Positions 52,901-64,000 of a stretch of DNA of 64,000 bases are shown piece after piece. The notes beneath the pieces are model-generated. The model searched no databases. It was not told the DNA's origin and saw only the letters and a program-made list of their open reading frames with translations. Position 1 is the stretch's first letter. Each line of letters begins with the position of its first letter. The position numbers and the translations under genes are program-made. Source of the stretch: Antedon mediterranea (taxonomy: Eukaryota; Animalia; Echinodermata); NCBI RefSeq assembly GCF_964355755.1, contig NC_092671.1, positions 20,026,001-20,090,000 of the forward strand. The letters are read 5' to 3'.

Positions 52901-55900
52901 ACTTCCGCTCGGGCCTTTAGAGAAGACGTCAACTGCCGATGGAAGCGTTCAACCATACCATTCGCACATAGGTGATATGATGTCGTACGGATACGCTTAG
53001 TGCCAATTATACAGTACTTGTAAGTTCTTTGAACAAGGCAGATTCAAATTGACGTCCACGATCAATTGTAAGTTAGTGTAGAAGGGGTACCAAAATTAGA
53101 AATCCAATTAGACACAAAAGCTTTTTCTACTGTTCGTGCTGTAATATTCGATATTGGTACCGCAATAGGCCATCTAGTAAATCTATCTACACATGTCAGT
53201 AAATATAAAAATCCATCAGATTGTGGTAGTGGTCCCACGATGTCTATATGAATATGGTGGAATGTTCAAATTTGATACAAGGTGTGAATTTTGATTCCGC
53301 TGACATGGAATGCATAATTGTACACATGTATGTATGTTCTTCCTCATGCCTGGCCAAACAAATCTATCGCCTATTAAACGTTGCGAAGCTCGCATACCTG
53401 GATGCGATAAACCATGAAGTTGATCAAACACCGTGTGCGTCGAAGAGGTACAAGAACGGAAGGACGAGTACTAGCAGTTGAAATGTCCCACACTAACATA
53501 GAATTTGACTCGGGTAACATGCATGTTTCTAGATTTAGTGAAGTAGATACCCGTTTTAGTCTGGTAAGTTCTTTGTCATTCTGCTGATATCTGGCCATCA
53601 CGCTAAAGTCAACTGGTGAGTAACTTGTCCAATGCGTTAATATTACTGCAAGATAAGGCATCAGCAACAACATTCTCCTTCCCCTTGATATGACGAATGT
53701 CTGTGGTGAACCTATAAATAAAGTTCAAATATCGAATTTCCCTTGGTGAGTATCTAACTGGACCAGACTGGAAGGCATTGACGAGTGGCTTCTGATCTGT
53801 AAATACCCGAAAACATCGACCGTCTCTGCTGGGCGTAGTGAGCGGGTGAAGAAAGCTATAGGTTGCCATTGCTCATCAGTTTTGATTCCTTGCTGTAGAA
53901 CGTCACCTACACCAACATCAGATGCATCAACTGCAAGGCTGAGCTGAGCATTTGGATGTAGTATTAGTAGAGTAGTTTCCGCTAGTGCAGCTTTTATAGT
54001 TGTAGGCCTAAAGGCATTCTTGATAGCATCATCAAGGTCAAAGCTGCGAATTTTGTTTCGTTTTGTAGAGAGTAAAGATGTTAGAGGAAACAGTATATCT
54101 GCACAACGTGGAATGAATGTGGTTGAATACTGTTAAAGTCGATGTGATGTCCCAAAAACGTCAATGACCAACACCAAACACACATCTCGTGGGGTCGATT
54201 ACTACGCCGTAATGTTCTAACCTCTCAAATACTTGATGCAAATGATCAATGTGCTGATCCTAATCATCACTGGCAATTAAGATGTCGTCGCCGTATGCAT
54301 AACAGAAGTTCAAACCACGGATGACTTCATCCATGAACCTTTGGATAGTTTGGGTTGACGATGCTGAATGTCGAGAATTTTTATCTTTGACAGAAAGGTT
54401 GGTAATGGATTGGTATCACACGGAATGTGATTTTTAACGTCAACTAACAATCCAAACGGCTGTGATACCTCGTGTAAGGAACTGTGCCTCTAGCTGAGCA
54501 AACCAAATGGTAGGGTCGCCAGGCCAAAATGGAAGCGTTTTCACCGGAATGAAGAAATAGAGGACAATGTATAGTGAGAGAGAGCTTTAATTCTAAACAT
54601 AGGCCTAACCATTATATACAAATTGTCTTACGCATCAAACAAATGTCAAAAAAGGAACTAATTAATTATTCATAAAATAAATATCAGATTGTGCATATAA
54701 AAATTAATATAAGGCTTCATTTCTTTAACAGAACATAGTTTAGGTCACTACAAAGGCCTTGGCAATAATCTCTGGATCCCCATATCTCTCCGTCAGTTCC
54801 TTAATTGCTGTGGGATACCCCACATTAGCATCTAGATAGGACGACCTATAAGGTTAGCCTCCTCAACTTTATACTGGTCCAAGTACTGCATCAAGTAATG
54901 CATACATTCATCTTTGGAACATCGTACCTCTATCCAGGACTTCGAATGCCCTAAAAATCGTTTAAATTCTAATGCATGACCAGCAAATTTCCTTATCTCT
55001 GTTTTCCGTTTCTGCATGGTAACTATTACTTGTTTTATGCTTGTTCCCTCGTCTACAGTGGTAGGAACAGGCATGACAGACTTAGCAGTATGAGTAATTG
55101 TAGGCATAGAAGGCAACGTCATAGCCGGTAAGTGTATTAAAATGTTACGTGACCTTCAGGAGCGTCGGCTATCTCCATTGACGTCACACTCCCTTGACTA
55201 CTTTCTTCTTGTCCTCTAGTAGCCTACTTTAAGACGAACCTCCATCAATTTTTCTTGTAATGCAATTATTATCTGCAGCTTTAATTCTTCTTGTTGAAAA
55301 ACGTTTTCTCTTCCTATATACTTATAGTTCATATGCGGTACCCTTTTCCTTTTTCTAATTTTACTTCTGGCGACTACGTCATCTTAACATACAGGTTGCT
55401 TTTTTAATACTCTTTGTCAATTATTGTAGCTGCTCAGTAAACTTCAAAACAAGTTTGTAATTCAGTTCTTTTATTGCGTTTCATCATCAAGGCCTTATTC
55501 CTGAATCTTGATCGACTGTAATAAACAAAATAAATGTTGAGTATTAACATGCAATACAGTATATTAATAGTATAGTAGTACCCCTATACATAAGACTATA
55601 ACCTAGCCTATCAGGCCGAACTACTACTGCGATCGAAAGCAAGCTTATAGGCCTAAGTCTTATCATACGTATTAAGGTGTATATAAATAAAGTAGTGTAT
55701 AAAACAGTAAGCTACAGTACTAGCTTATGCTAGTTAAAAGCATAGGCTACAATCTAGCCTCTAGACAGACAGCACTTAACACTACCAACAGTCTACTGCT
55801 CAAGATAGCATACTAGGCAAGCCTAATTTGCATTAAAAATTACTTGGAGCACCAGGTGAGCTAAAGCACAATTCTAACTTGCACAATAAACTTTACCTTT

Positions 55901-58900
55901 GTGTGCACTGACAGGTACAATACAGCATACGTTTATTCAAATGTATTGCTTGACAGCGATGAATGGAACATTCCAATCCCTCTTCCAAGTGGCCAATCCC
56001 GCAACTACGGCTCTTCCGGACATACAACAAAGTTTAACCATCGGTGAACAAGGGGAAAGTATACAATTGTATAATTCCCTGTAAAAATTACTCCAAATAG
56101 TATACCTATTACAAGTACAGTTTCTATAAATACCCAGTCTTCCGCAACCCTTAGAAAGACCATAACAATTTAACGAAAAATCAACCATTATTTTTTTAAT
56201 GTGGTAGGCCCCTTATGAAAAGTACCGTTGCCTTAGATAGGCTATTTTGTTTGCAAAAATAACACCATTTTAAAATGAATAATATTATTTTCTCATAACT
56301 ATTTTAAGGAGTAACAAATATAGATAATTACTTGATTTTGTTGCTTCTCTTGCCAACAAGGACGCTTCTCGATAATTTTTCTCTTGGGTCCAGTTCAAAT
56401 TCTTTACGTAGTACATCTACCCTATGTTTCTCATTATTTTGAACTTCCGATACCACAATCTTTAATCTAAATACACCCTGGATATGATAAGTGTACTACT
56501 ATTAGCAAAATTTCTCTCGAGCCTTTACAAAAGAGAGAAAAATCAGCTTTTAAAAAAATGGAAGCATTTTCTATCTTTCAATTTGATACTATAAATACAT
56601 TAAATTAGGCTAGCATAGTCAATTATTTGGCTGAATGGCTAGATAGTGCTTTACTTTCCAATTAGTAAACTTTAGTTCGAACACTATCGTGGAGTTAGTA
56701 AAGAGTTATTTCTAGGTAAAATACTATTTATGTGTGAGGAATGGGCATTATATATCAGCAGATGCGATACTGTTTATTGTCGCTAGACATTATATACCGT
56801 CTAAGAACTGGACAATAAATAGACCTACCTGCCAATATGTAACGTTGAAGAGGAAAGGATTTGAAATTGATTTCACTTCATTTGTATTTTCTGTAACTTG
56901 TAGAACATCTGGAAATCTCAAATTGTTCCCTTTTGTTTTCATTGGCAATGTTTCAAACCTATACATATCCATCCGGGGCCTAAAACGATGAAACAACAAA
57001 TAATAGATTATTATTATTATTATTACTAGATGGTACGCGAGCGTACCATCTAGCTGGTCGTGTCCACAGATGGTTCTCTAATACACAGTAATTTCAGCGT
57101 AAAAAATGTACGTACCGCAGGACTATAGTACATTGTCGTTTACAAATAAATAGACACGATGATTTATGTAAAATTAGCACCGTGGGAATTAGGCCTTGTC
57201 TTAAAAATGAGTCCGATTTTTTTATCTGAACTCATTTAAACAAACCTAGTTTGTGTTTTGTATATAACATTAGAGTGGAGGGATGGGGAAGAGGATGGGA
57301 AGAACAATTTTTAAATATATTCTCTATCCACTTAGTAACGAAATATTGTTTTAATATTAAATGTTTTATAGGCCTATCAATAATATACCACTAAACACAG
57401 TAAACAAGTACGATTTATAATACTTTTTTAAAACTGTCCCTGTTATAGTCGATTGTACAGTACATATAACGATACACTACTACGACGTTTATATTTGTTA
57501 TAATTATTAATTAATACAAACGTTGAGAAGCAACTGTCAGTAACAGTCACAGTAATAAATGTTCTTTGTATATCTTGTTTATATATCTAACAGTAACCAC
57601 ATTCACAGTAAGACAATTTTGATTCAAATGGCAAACAAAATGGTTAATATGTACAGTATTTACAATATTGTCAAAGTATTGCAATATTATATGTAAGTTT
57701 TATTCTCCAAGGGCCCATAAATTAAACGTATATTAAATCTATCAAAATAGGTTTTTTTTTTAAAGAAAATCGGCCTGTCTTCAACATTATGATACTGTAC
57801 TCGAGCTGTTCAACCGGTTTTCAGCTATTAAAAACAATTATCGTAGGAGGAGATAGGAAAATGCGAAGTATCCTCGTTTATTGTGTGCAGGTATTTTTTC
57901 ATGAGAACATCCATTAGACAGTGTATAAACAGGGTTACATCAGGTGGTTAAAATCAGTACCGAGATTCTAACCAACTTTATATACCATCGTGTAAACATT
58001 CTAGAAATAACGCGCGATTTACCGAATTTTGCCCTTACGTCTAAATTCGTTTTAATCGTCAATAACTAATTAGTTAACTAAATTTAATTAGTAAACAGGG
58101 TTACATCAGGTGGTTAAAATCAGTACCGAGATTCTAACCAACTTTATATACCATCGAGTAAACATTCTAGAAATAACGCGCGATTTACCGAATTTTGCCC
58201 TTACGTAAATTTATATATATAGATTCTTTATATTTGGCCCAATATAAACAAATACATCAGAAATTCCTCTTATATACACTGCAGAGATAATAAAAAATAT
58301 ACATACAAAATACAAATCTATATAAAATCAAATATAGGCCTAAAATATCAAAAAGTCTATGATCCATGAATTAGCGTTGGACAAATGTGTTATAGGTGAC
58401 AATAGACTGTGGGATAAATGACTTTTTATGGCGTTTAGTACGGCTTCAAAGCAGACGTATACGAATATTAGATGGAAGAAAAGTGTATTCCTTATGGAGT
58501 GGGTGGTCTGTTTGGGAGAGTATACTTTTAACCAAAGAGAACACACCTGCATCATAGTTGAAATTAAGTACGGATACATGAACTCCAATAACCCGCACGG
58601 CCCTTCTAGTAATTTTATTTAATAATACCTTATCTTTTTCATATAAACAAAGCCTCCCAGATAATTCTACAAAAAGATATAACACTAAGTATCGTCGACT
58701 GGTAGAACAGTATAAGAATTTGCTAGCATTAAATTTCCTAAGTTGTCTTAACAGATATAGCCGTTGTTGTCCTTTTTTATAGAGTTTTTTAATGTTAATA
58801 CACCAGTCCAGCTTTTCGTCTATTATAGTTCCTAGATATTTATGCTCTGGGACAACTTTAATTAACTCATTTCCTATATTAAGGGGCTCGTGAACCTATT

Positions 58901-59344
58901 TCCCTCCCTAAACTATATTTAAGGAAATGGTCTTTACATCAATTAGTGAAATGGTTTACAACATTATAGTAATTGTTAACAGATTTATTTATAAGATTAT
59001 ATCTGTTAACATGCAACAGACGGCAAATAATAAATGACGGTATGTTACGGTACTGATGGTTTGAATTCAATGATAAATGCAAATTATTGCATTGGAGTTT
59101 ATTACATAAAAAAATCAGTATAAGGCTATATTTTATATTGTTAAAACTTCGTTTCCATTAGAACGCCAAAGAAAAGACGTTAACTAAATGTACTGTCTTA
59201 CCGTAACTGGCGAATGGAGACTTCAAACGTAACGTCACAACCATGTCGTGCTCCTACCGTAGTTGTACAGTTCGTACCGTCTGCTTGAGGATTCAAGTAC
59301 TTCTTTAAGCGAAGTGAAAATGTTGCCGTCGAATGACAAATGTC
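43992..59344 (-). CDS. Gene B: paralogous Delta/Notch-ligand-like type-I membrane protein (MNNL/C2-like, atypical DSL, 21 EGF, juxtamembrane domain, TM, tail ending ITSV); signal-peptide exon not located
   Basis: Phase-consistent exons: 59344-59202 ([23 protein letters not shown]), 56979-56829 ([11 protein letters not shown]), 56477-56332, 48316-48063 ([13 protein letters not shown] + EGF), 47835-45556 (20 EGF), 45297-45120, 45026-44864, 44763-44675 (TM), 44097-43992 (EWRKGNY...QDITSV*). Confidence 0.83.
45995..47248 (-). repeat. 11 near-identical 114-bp coding repeats (one cbEGF each) in gene B
   Basis: EI(D/N)[11 protein letters not shown](L/Q)[18 protein letters not shown](T/Q)NCQF x11, nearly identical at the DNA level. 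Confidence 0.95.
48398..48600. repeat. ~115-bp GC-rich tandem duplication
   Basis: CACACTCGCACGCCCTCGTGTGTTGTTGTTG..GCGCCACCTTGCGCCCTATCGAGTGA.ATTGTTGTCGCCATGTG twice. Confidence 0.85.
49030..49785 (+). mobile_element. PIF/Harbinger-like remnant with a MADF/Myb-like exon
   Basis: [41 protein letters not shown] resembles MADF (LYD..H..Y......AW..IA), followed by a GTAAGT donor; GCGTTCACA repeats near 49030-49110. Confidence 0.55.
52161..54752 (-). mobile_element. Gypsy LTR retrotransposon, internally deleted, in a gene B intron
   Basis: Direct LTRs ~52161-52372 and ~54537-54752 (TGTAGTGACC on minus); PPT AGAGGGGAG; gag [19 protein letters not shown]; [11 protein letters not shown]; RNase [10 protein letters not shown]; integrase [10 protein letters not shown]. 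Confidence 0.88.
54830..55050 (-). mobile_element. Bel/Pao gag-like fragment
   Basis: [15 protein letters not shown]...IEVR...ECMHYLMQY resembles the F.G.PL.Y..F...YL.QY motif. Confidence 0.5.
57026..58223 (-). mobile_element. Non-autonomous Helitron-like element
   Basis: On minus: A|TCTATATATATAAA 5' end, 3' hairpin CTAGATGGTACGC-TC-GCGTACCATCTAG|T; internal ~115-bp duplication (57926-58040, 58093-58207). Confidence 0.6.
58380..58900 (-). mobile_element. LINE RT C-terminal fragment (CR1/L2-type)
   Basis: [14 protein letters not shown]...[16 protein letters not shown]; [18 protein letters not shown]. Confidence 0.75.
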
Positions 59345-59524
59345 CTGAAATATCATAATAGTGAATAATGCTGACCCTAAAGAGTCTCGTTTTATGTATA
59401 TTTAACATTAGGCCTAATCACATATTAACATTTTTTTTAGAAAAGCGAATTCTAAAATAGATTACATTAATTAGAGAGGTATACAAGGATAAATAGAACA
59501 TCTACATTCATTAGGGGAAAGAAA

Positions 59525-59800
59525 AACATTTTTAAAACATTGTACACTTGGAGTCATACGCACATTATTAGGTAAATTATTCCATAACTTAGATCCAATA
59601 AAAGAGAATGATCTATCACCAAATAGTCTACTAGTTTTAGGAACAGCAAGACGAGTAATATCTTGTGTGGATATGAGTCCCTGGCGACCAGGGTTATACC
59701 AGAGTTATACTAAAATGAGTTCCTGTAAATAGACGGGTGCTGAACCATTGATGCAGTTGTACCAAGATCTTAAATTCAATCCTTTGCTGGACAGGCAGCC
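59525..59800 (-). mobile_element. L2 LINE 3' fragment
   Basis: WLPVQQRIEFKIL...APVYLQEL...GDRSFSFIGSKLWNNLP. Confidence 0.75.
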
Positions 59801-59999
59801 AGAACGCAAATTTCATTTTAGCGTCAAAATGCTCAGAACATATTATATTTCTATTCATTCTAATACAAAATGTTGTCAGAAAATGTTTGTGACTTTTGAC
59901 CCTAGTATGCTCATATCTTGATAACTACTTGTAGTAGATGACATGCAATTGGTCTTAAATTGTTAACGACATAATGTTAATATTTATTCTAATGAAATA

Positions 60000-60920
60000 T
60001 TTTGTCCTAAAGTGACCGGAAACCACAATATTGATAGTCTCAAATTTCGGTAACCAAAGGGCATAAAATCGTAATATTGGGCTTAAATTTTGCAAGACGT
60101 ATATATTTATATTTGAACTAATGAAAAAAAATGTATTTAATTGTCTGCCTTTTTGAAGACCGCTTTTTGATATCTATATTTTCTTACTGTTGCTGAACTT
60201 CCAATGGCAATATGCACAATTTTCCAGTTGTTAAAGATGTATTGTCCCCTTTAAAAAAAATAATTGTTAACATTTTTGTTAAATACGCCATTTTAATGTA
60301 ACTAATAGTTATCTACTTTGACCAAACATTGAGGGTAAAAAATGTATCCTGAAAAAAACTGAAATTTAAAGCAAAAAATGGTCAAATTAACAGCCAGCCA
60401 ATGGGTTTTTGATTCAATTTAACTATATTTATTTTGTCATTTTATAAAAGCATTCTAAATTATGTAAAAATGATTCGTAATTGATTAAATCATTGTAATG
60501 TTAGTGTTTATTATTCTTATATAGAAACTATTATAACAAATATTGTAATTTTTTTGGATTGGTCACTGGAATGATAGCTAAATAGATTGGGTCGAATAGG
60601 CAAAATACTGCGACTCTCTATGACCAGTAGTTGACATTGTTTGGGTCAAAAGTCACTATCATTACTTCAATTCATCTCAAATATAAATATGTATATACTT
60701 ATAAATGCCTAACATCACAATTGTATGCCCATTAATTACCAAAATGTGAGACTACCAGGTCAAGGGTCAGTATGGTTTCCGGTCAATTTAGGACAACAAA
60801 ATTAATTATACCAAACATTAACACATTTTTGTCATTAGTTCAAATATAAATATACGTCTTGCATAATTTAAGCCCAATATTAGGTTTTTATGCTCGTTGG
60901 TTACCTAAATTTGAGACTAT
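60000..60920. repeat. Inverted repeat pair (~60000-60125 vs ~60775-60920), probable DNA-transposon remnant
   Basis: TAGTCTCAAATTTCGGTAACC...TATATTTGAACTAATGA vs TCATTAGTTCAAATATA...GGTTACCTAAATTTGAGACTA. Confidence 0.65.
60235..60440. mobile_element. Kolobok MITE remnant
   Basis: TTAA+AGATGTATTGTCCCC; body similar to 38299-38500. Confidence 0.75.
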
Positions 60921-61425
60921 TTTTGTCATCCGTGTACGATTCTGACCCTAAGGCACCCCGCTAAAATAAAGTGCGCCTGTTGACTTGATTTTGAATAGTC
61001 TGCCATCTTTGGATATCTGAGATTGCTAAACCATCAAGCAGAGAGTCCAAACGAGACAGAATTAAAGATTTGGCTGGGTAAGCGCACGGAGAACGATCTA
61101 TAAAATAACGGATTCTACTTAAATTACGGATATGAAAATTAATACTTCTAAACAGTGAGCTTACTTGATTTTGGTCTATACCGGTATGCTAGCTATACAA
61201 AAATAAAGTAATCAAATTTATTTTATCTTGAAAAAATTAAACAATAAGAAACTACTGTACTGACTTCAAATACTAATGCTGAAAGATTATATTTTGCAGC
61301 AAATTTTTTATTATCACTGTTCTGTTGTAATTATAACTTTGATGAACGGTTCAATCAACAGTCATGTAGGCCTACTTTAAATCTAATAACAACATTATTC
61401 ATAATCATAAGCACTGTAAACTTAA

Positions 61426-61565
61426 AGATGTATTGTCCCTTTGACTACTGTAATTTCAAAAATATTTTATTTCGAGAAAAGGTGTCATTTTCAAGTATCA
61501 TAATAGTTAATATAATAACTTTTCAATATTACTTTGATATGGCCAATTTAAATTTAGAATATTTA
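61426..61565. mobile_element. Kolobok deletion derivative (right end joined to left subterminal sequence)
   Basis: TTAA+AGATGTATTGTCCCTTTGACT; TTGATATGGCCAATTTAAATTTAGAATATTT is the reverse complement of 1468-1498. Confidence 0.7.
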
Positions 61566-62490
61566 CATAAGTTTATGATTATTGTTATCGTCGTGATGAC
61601 TCCTCCTGCTCCTCCTCCTCCTCCAATTGAGTATAAAACAAATTTCGATAAAATGTTCACTAACACTAATATTATGTTAATAATATTTTCACTACTTACA
61701 AAATTGATTAATACAATAAAAGGTAATATCCAAAAATGGCCGTATGTCTTCATTGTAACACAAACTAAACAGACTACACCTGATAACTGAGCGTAAACTT
61801 AATGTATGATTAATTTATTTAACCAACTTCCATTTATAACATGTAATTTAACACCAAATTGGTTATTTTAAGCATAGTAATTGAATTAAGTTGATCTAAC
61901 AATAGGTAATAGGTTTTTTATTAGAACTGTACATGCTAAGATAACAGAGTAACGGAAACTTAACGGCAATTATGCAGCAATTTATGGATACTAAATGGGT
62001 TTCTTGAGCAATTTATTTTTCAACAGTCTTGTTATGAAACATTTTTAAATGATAAGAAGTACTGTTAAGGCCACCTCTGATCATAAATTGTTATTGTAGG
62101 TCGATACAAAAATACAGCATGTAGGAACCGAAATTAAATTAATTGTACACACGTCTTTTCGAAAAAAAAAATGAACAGTAAAAAATGAGAATGTGCGGTG
62201 ACTATACACATTTTTATATACCGTATATAAAAATGTGGATATAATATGATAGGAGGTTGGCCACTGGAGGAAATATTCATTACATATACAGTGTTGGCAG
62301 TTTGTAACAGTAGGTAACAGGGGAACATTTTAGTTTAAAATTTTGTTTAGCAATTTTAATCAAACAACTAATTTTTTAGTCGAGAAAAATAGTTTTGTGA
62401 AAAAAGTTTTTGATGAACACTAACTTGAGTACGCGACTGCAGCCATGTCGGCCTATATGGCCTTATTACTGTAAAAACGCGCCCATACAA

Positions 62491-62645
62491 GGGTGTCTAG
62501 AAAACTCAGATCTCAGATAGGCCTATATCTGAGTTTTCTAGACCTAAGAAAACTCAGATACCTGACTTTTCTAGATCTAGAAAACTCAGATATCTGACTT
62601 TTCTAGATCTAGAGTTTTTTAGTTCCAGAATAGAACTAGAAAACC
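62491..62645. repeat. Array of short palindromes (CTAGAAAACTCAGA..TCTGA.TTTTCTAG)
   Basis: Three consecutive hairpin-forming units. Confidence 0.75.
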
Positions 62646-62944
62646 CAAATGATTGGTTAATTTAAATGCATTTGCTTCTCAATTAGTGATAAAAGATGAT
62701 CACGCATCTTCTATAGTATTATTAGTAGGGCCTATTAAACGCGTGACAATTGTATTAAATTAGGCCTAAATGTAGTCACACGCGTGTGTTTGTTCAAAAT
62801 GCGTGTTTATTAAAAATCACTTTGGTAACTATGCTATTTTTATATAGCCATGCATCATAAAAATATAAATAATTGATTTATATAATATAACTTTTTTGAA
62901 ATTGTAAACTATATGTCTCGTACTTTTGGAGATGATAAATGATG

Positions 62945-63592
62945 CCTCAAATTTCACTATATTTAAAAAATTATTAATCGTAAGTGAGTCACACTCAAAT
63001 TTTAAAGATGAGGCCTGAGTAAACGGGACCAGTAGTCCCACTCTAACTTATACTGGACGACTAAGAAGATCCTAATATAATCCCACCAAGTGAATCCCAG
63101 GAACAATCCGCCATTTTCTCACAAATACAGTATCAAATGTCACTATATTTTAAAATCGTAATTGAGTTACACTCAATTTTTAAAGATGAGGGACCAGTGG
63201 TCCTAGTCTTATACTGGACGACTAAAGAGGAACAATCCGCCATTTTCTCACAGATACAACATCAATTTTCACTATATTTTAAAATATTAATCGTAATTTA
63301 GTTACACTCAAATTTGAAAGGATGAAAGCTGAGTAAACGGGACCAGTGGACCCACTCTAACTTATACTGGACGACGACTAAGGAGGTAGTATAATCCCAC
63401 CAAGTGACTCACAGGAACAATTCGCCATTTTCTCACAAATAGGCCTACAGTATCAAATTTCACTATATTTTAAAATATTAATCGTAAGTGAGTTACATTC
63501 AAATTTAAAAGATGAGGGCTGAGTAAACGAAACCAGTAGTCATACTCTAACTTATACTGGAAGACTAAGGAGGTACCCTAGTATAATCCCAC
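62945..63592. repeat. ~150-180-bp tandem repeat (about 4 units)
   Basis: TTTCACTATATTT..ATCGTAA.TGAGTTACACTCAAATTT..GATGAGG..ACCAGT.GTCC..CTTATACTGGACGACTAA units. Confidence 0.85.
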
Positions 63593-64000
63593 ATACCCAA
63601 TGTAGCGTACTACGCGAGTTCGCTTGGTGGCGTGTGTGGTCAATCGACGCAGATAACAAAAGACACTGATCCAGCAAATACAATATCTACAATTTATTTA
63701 CAATAGACCGATCTTCCGTTCTGTTCTGGTGACTAAAAGAAGATAAAGGAAACTACATTACTTTCTATAATGTGTTACAGAATACAACGTTATTCAAGAA
63801 ATTACAGCGATATTATAATGAGTTAAATGAAAAGGTGTATAAGTGTACCAATTAAAATTAATATAAACATATCAATAGAATAGCGATCACAACAATGTTA
63901 CCATTAAAGCAACAAGTAACAAACGTATTCCTTATCAATTACCACTACAAGTTAAAACGAGCCATGGGGTTCAAAATATAAACCTACTTGACTTTGACGC

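Noticed and set aside
55897-56188. Possible extra gene B exon (Cys-containing ORF with splice-like signals)
   Set aside because: All three frames from the ~56078 acceptor hit stops, and exon 56477-56332 joins 48316 in phase without it.
61165-61230. Candidate signal-peptide exon for gene B (GTAAGC donor)
   Set aside because: In-frame TAG and no ATG in the required phase; the first exon remains unlocated.

Overview
AT-rich eukaryotic (invertebrate animal, plausibly echinoderm; inferred from style only) genomic window with spliceosomal introns. The left ~23 kb is a nest of mobile elements. It holds a decayed ~9.9-kb Kolobok DNA transposon (TTAA TSD, 19-bp TIRs, intron-rich DDE transposase plus a convergent KolX gene resembling the P2X7 C-terminal 'ballast' domain) with a foldback element in its first intron. 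Next come a DIRS/Ngaro-type tyrosine-recombinase retrotransposon split by a Mutator-like foldback insertion (9-bp TSD), LINE fragments, and a 3.3-kb palindromic Academ-like element rich in ATGCAAAT octamers. The right ~40 kb carries two tandem, minus-strand, multi-exon paralogous genes that I spliced by hand into type-I membrane proteins: MNNL/C2-like domain, atypical DSL, 21 EGF repeats, a ~110-aa juxtamembrane domain, TM and a short tail (signal peptide found only in gene A). They look like non-canonical Delta/Notch-ligand-like proteins. Gene B contains 11 nearly identical 114-bp EGF units, yet both genes total 21 EGFs. Introns and the intergenic region hold Gypsy, Bel/Pao, RTE, L2/CR1, SINE, Harbinger-like, Helitron-like and Kolobok MITE remnants. 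Coordinates were read by eye; family assignments rest on recalled motifs, not database searches.
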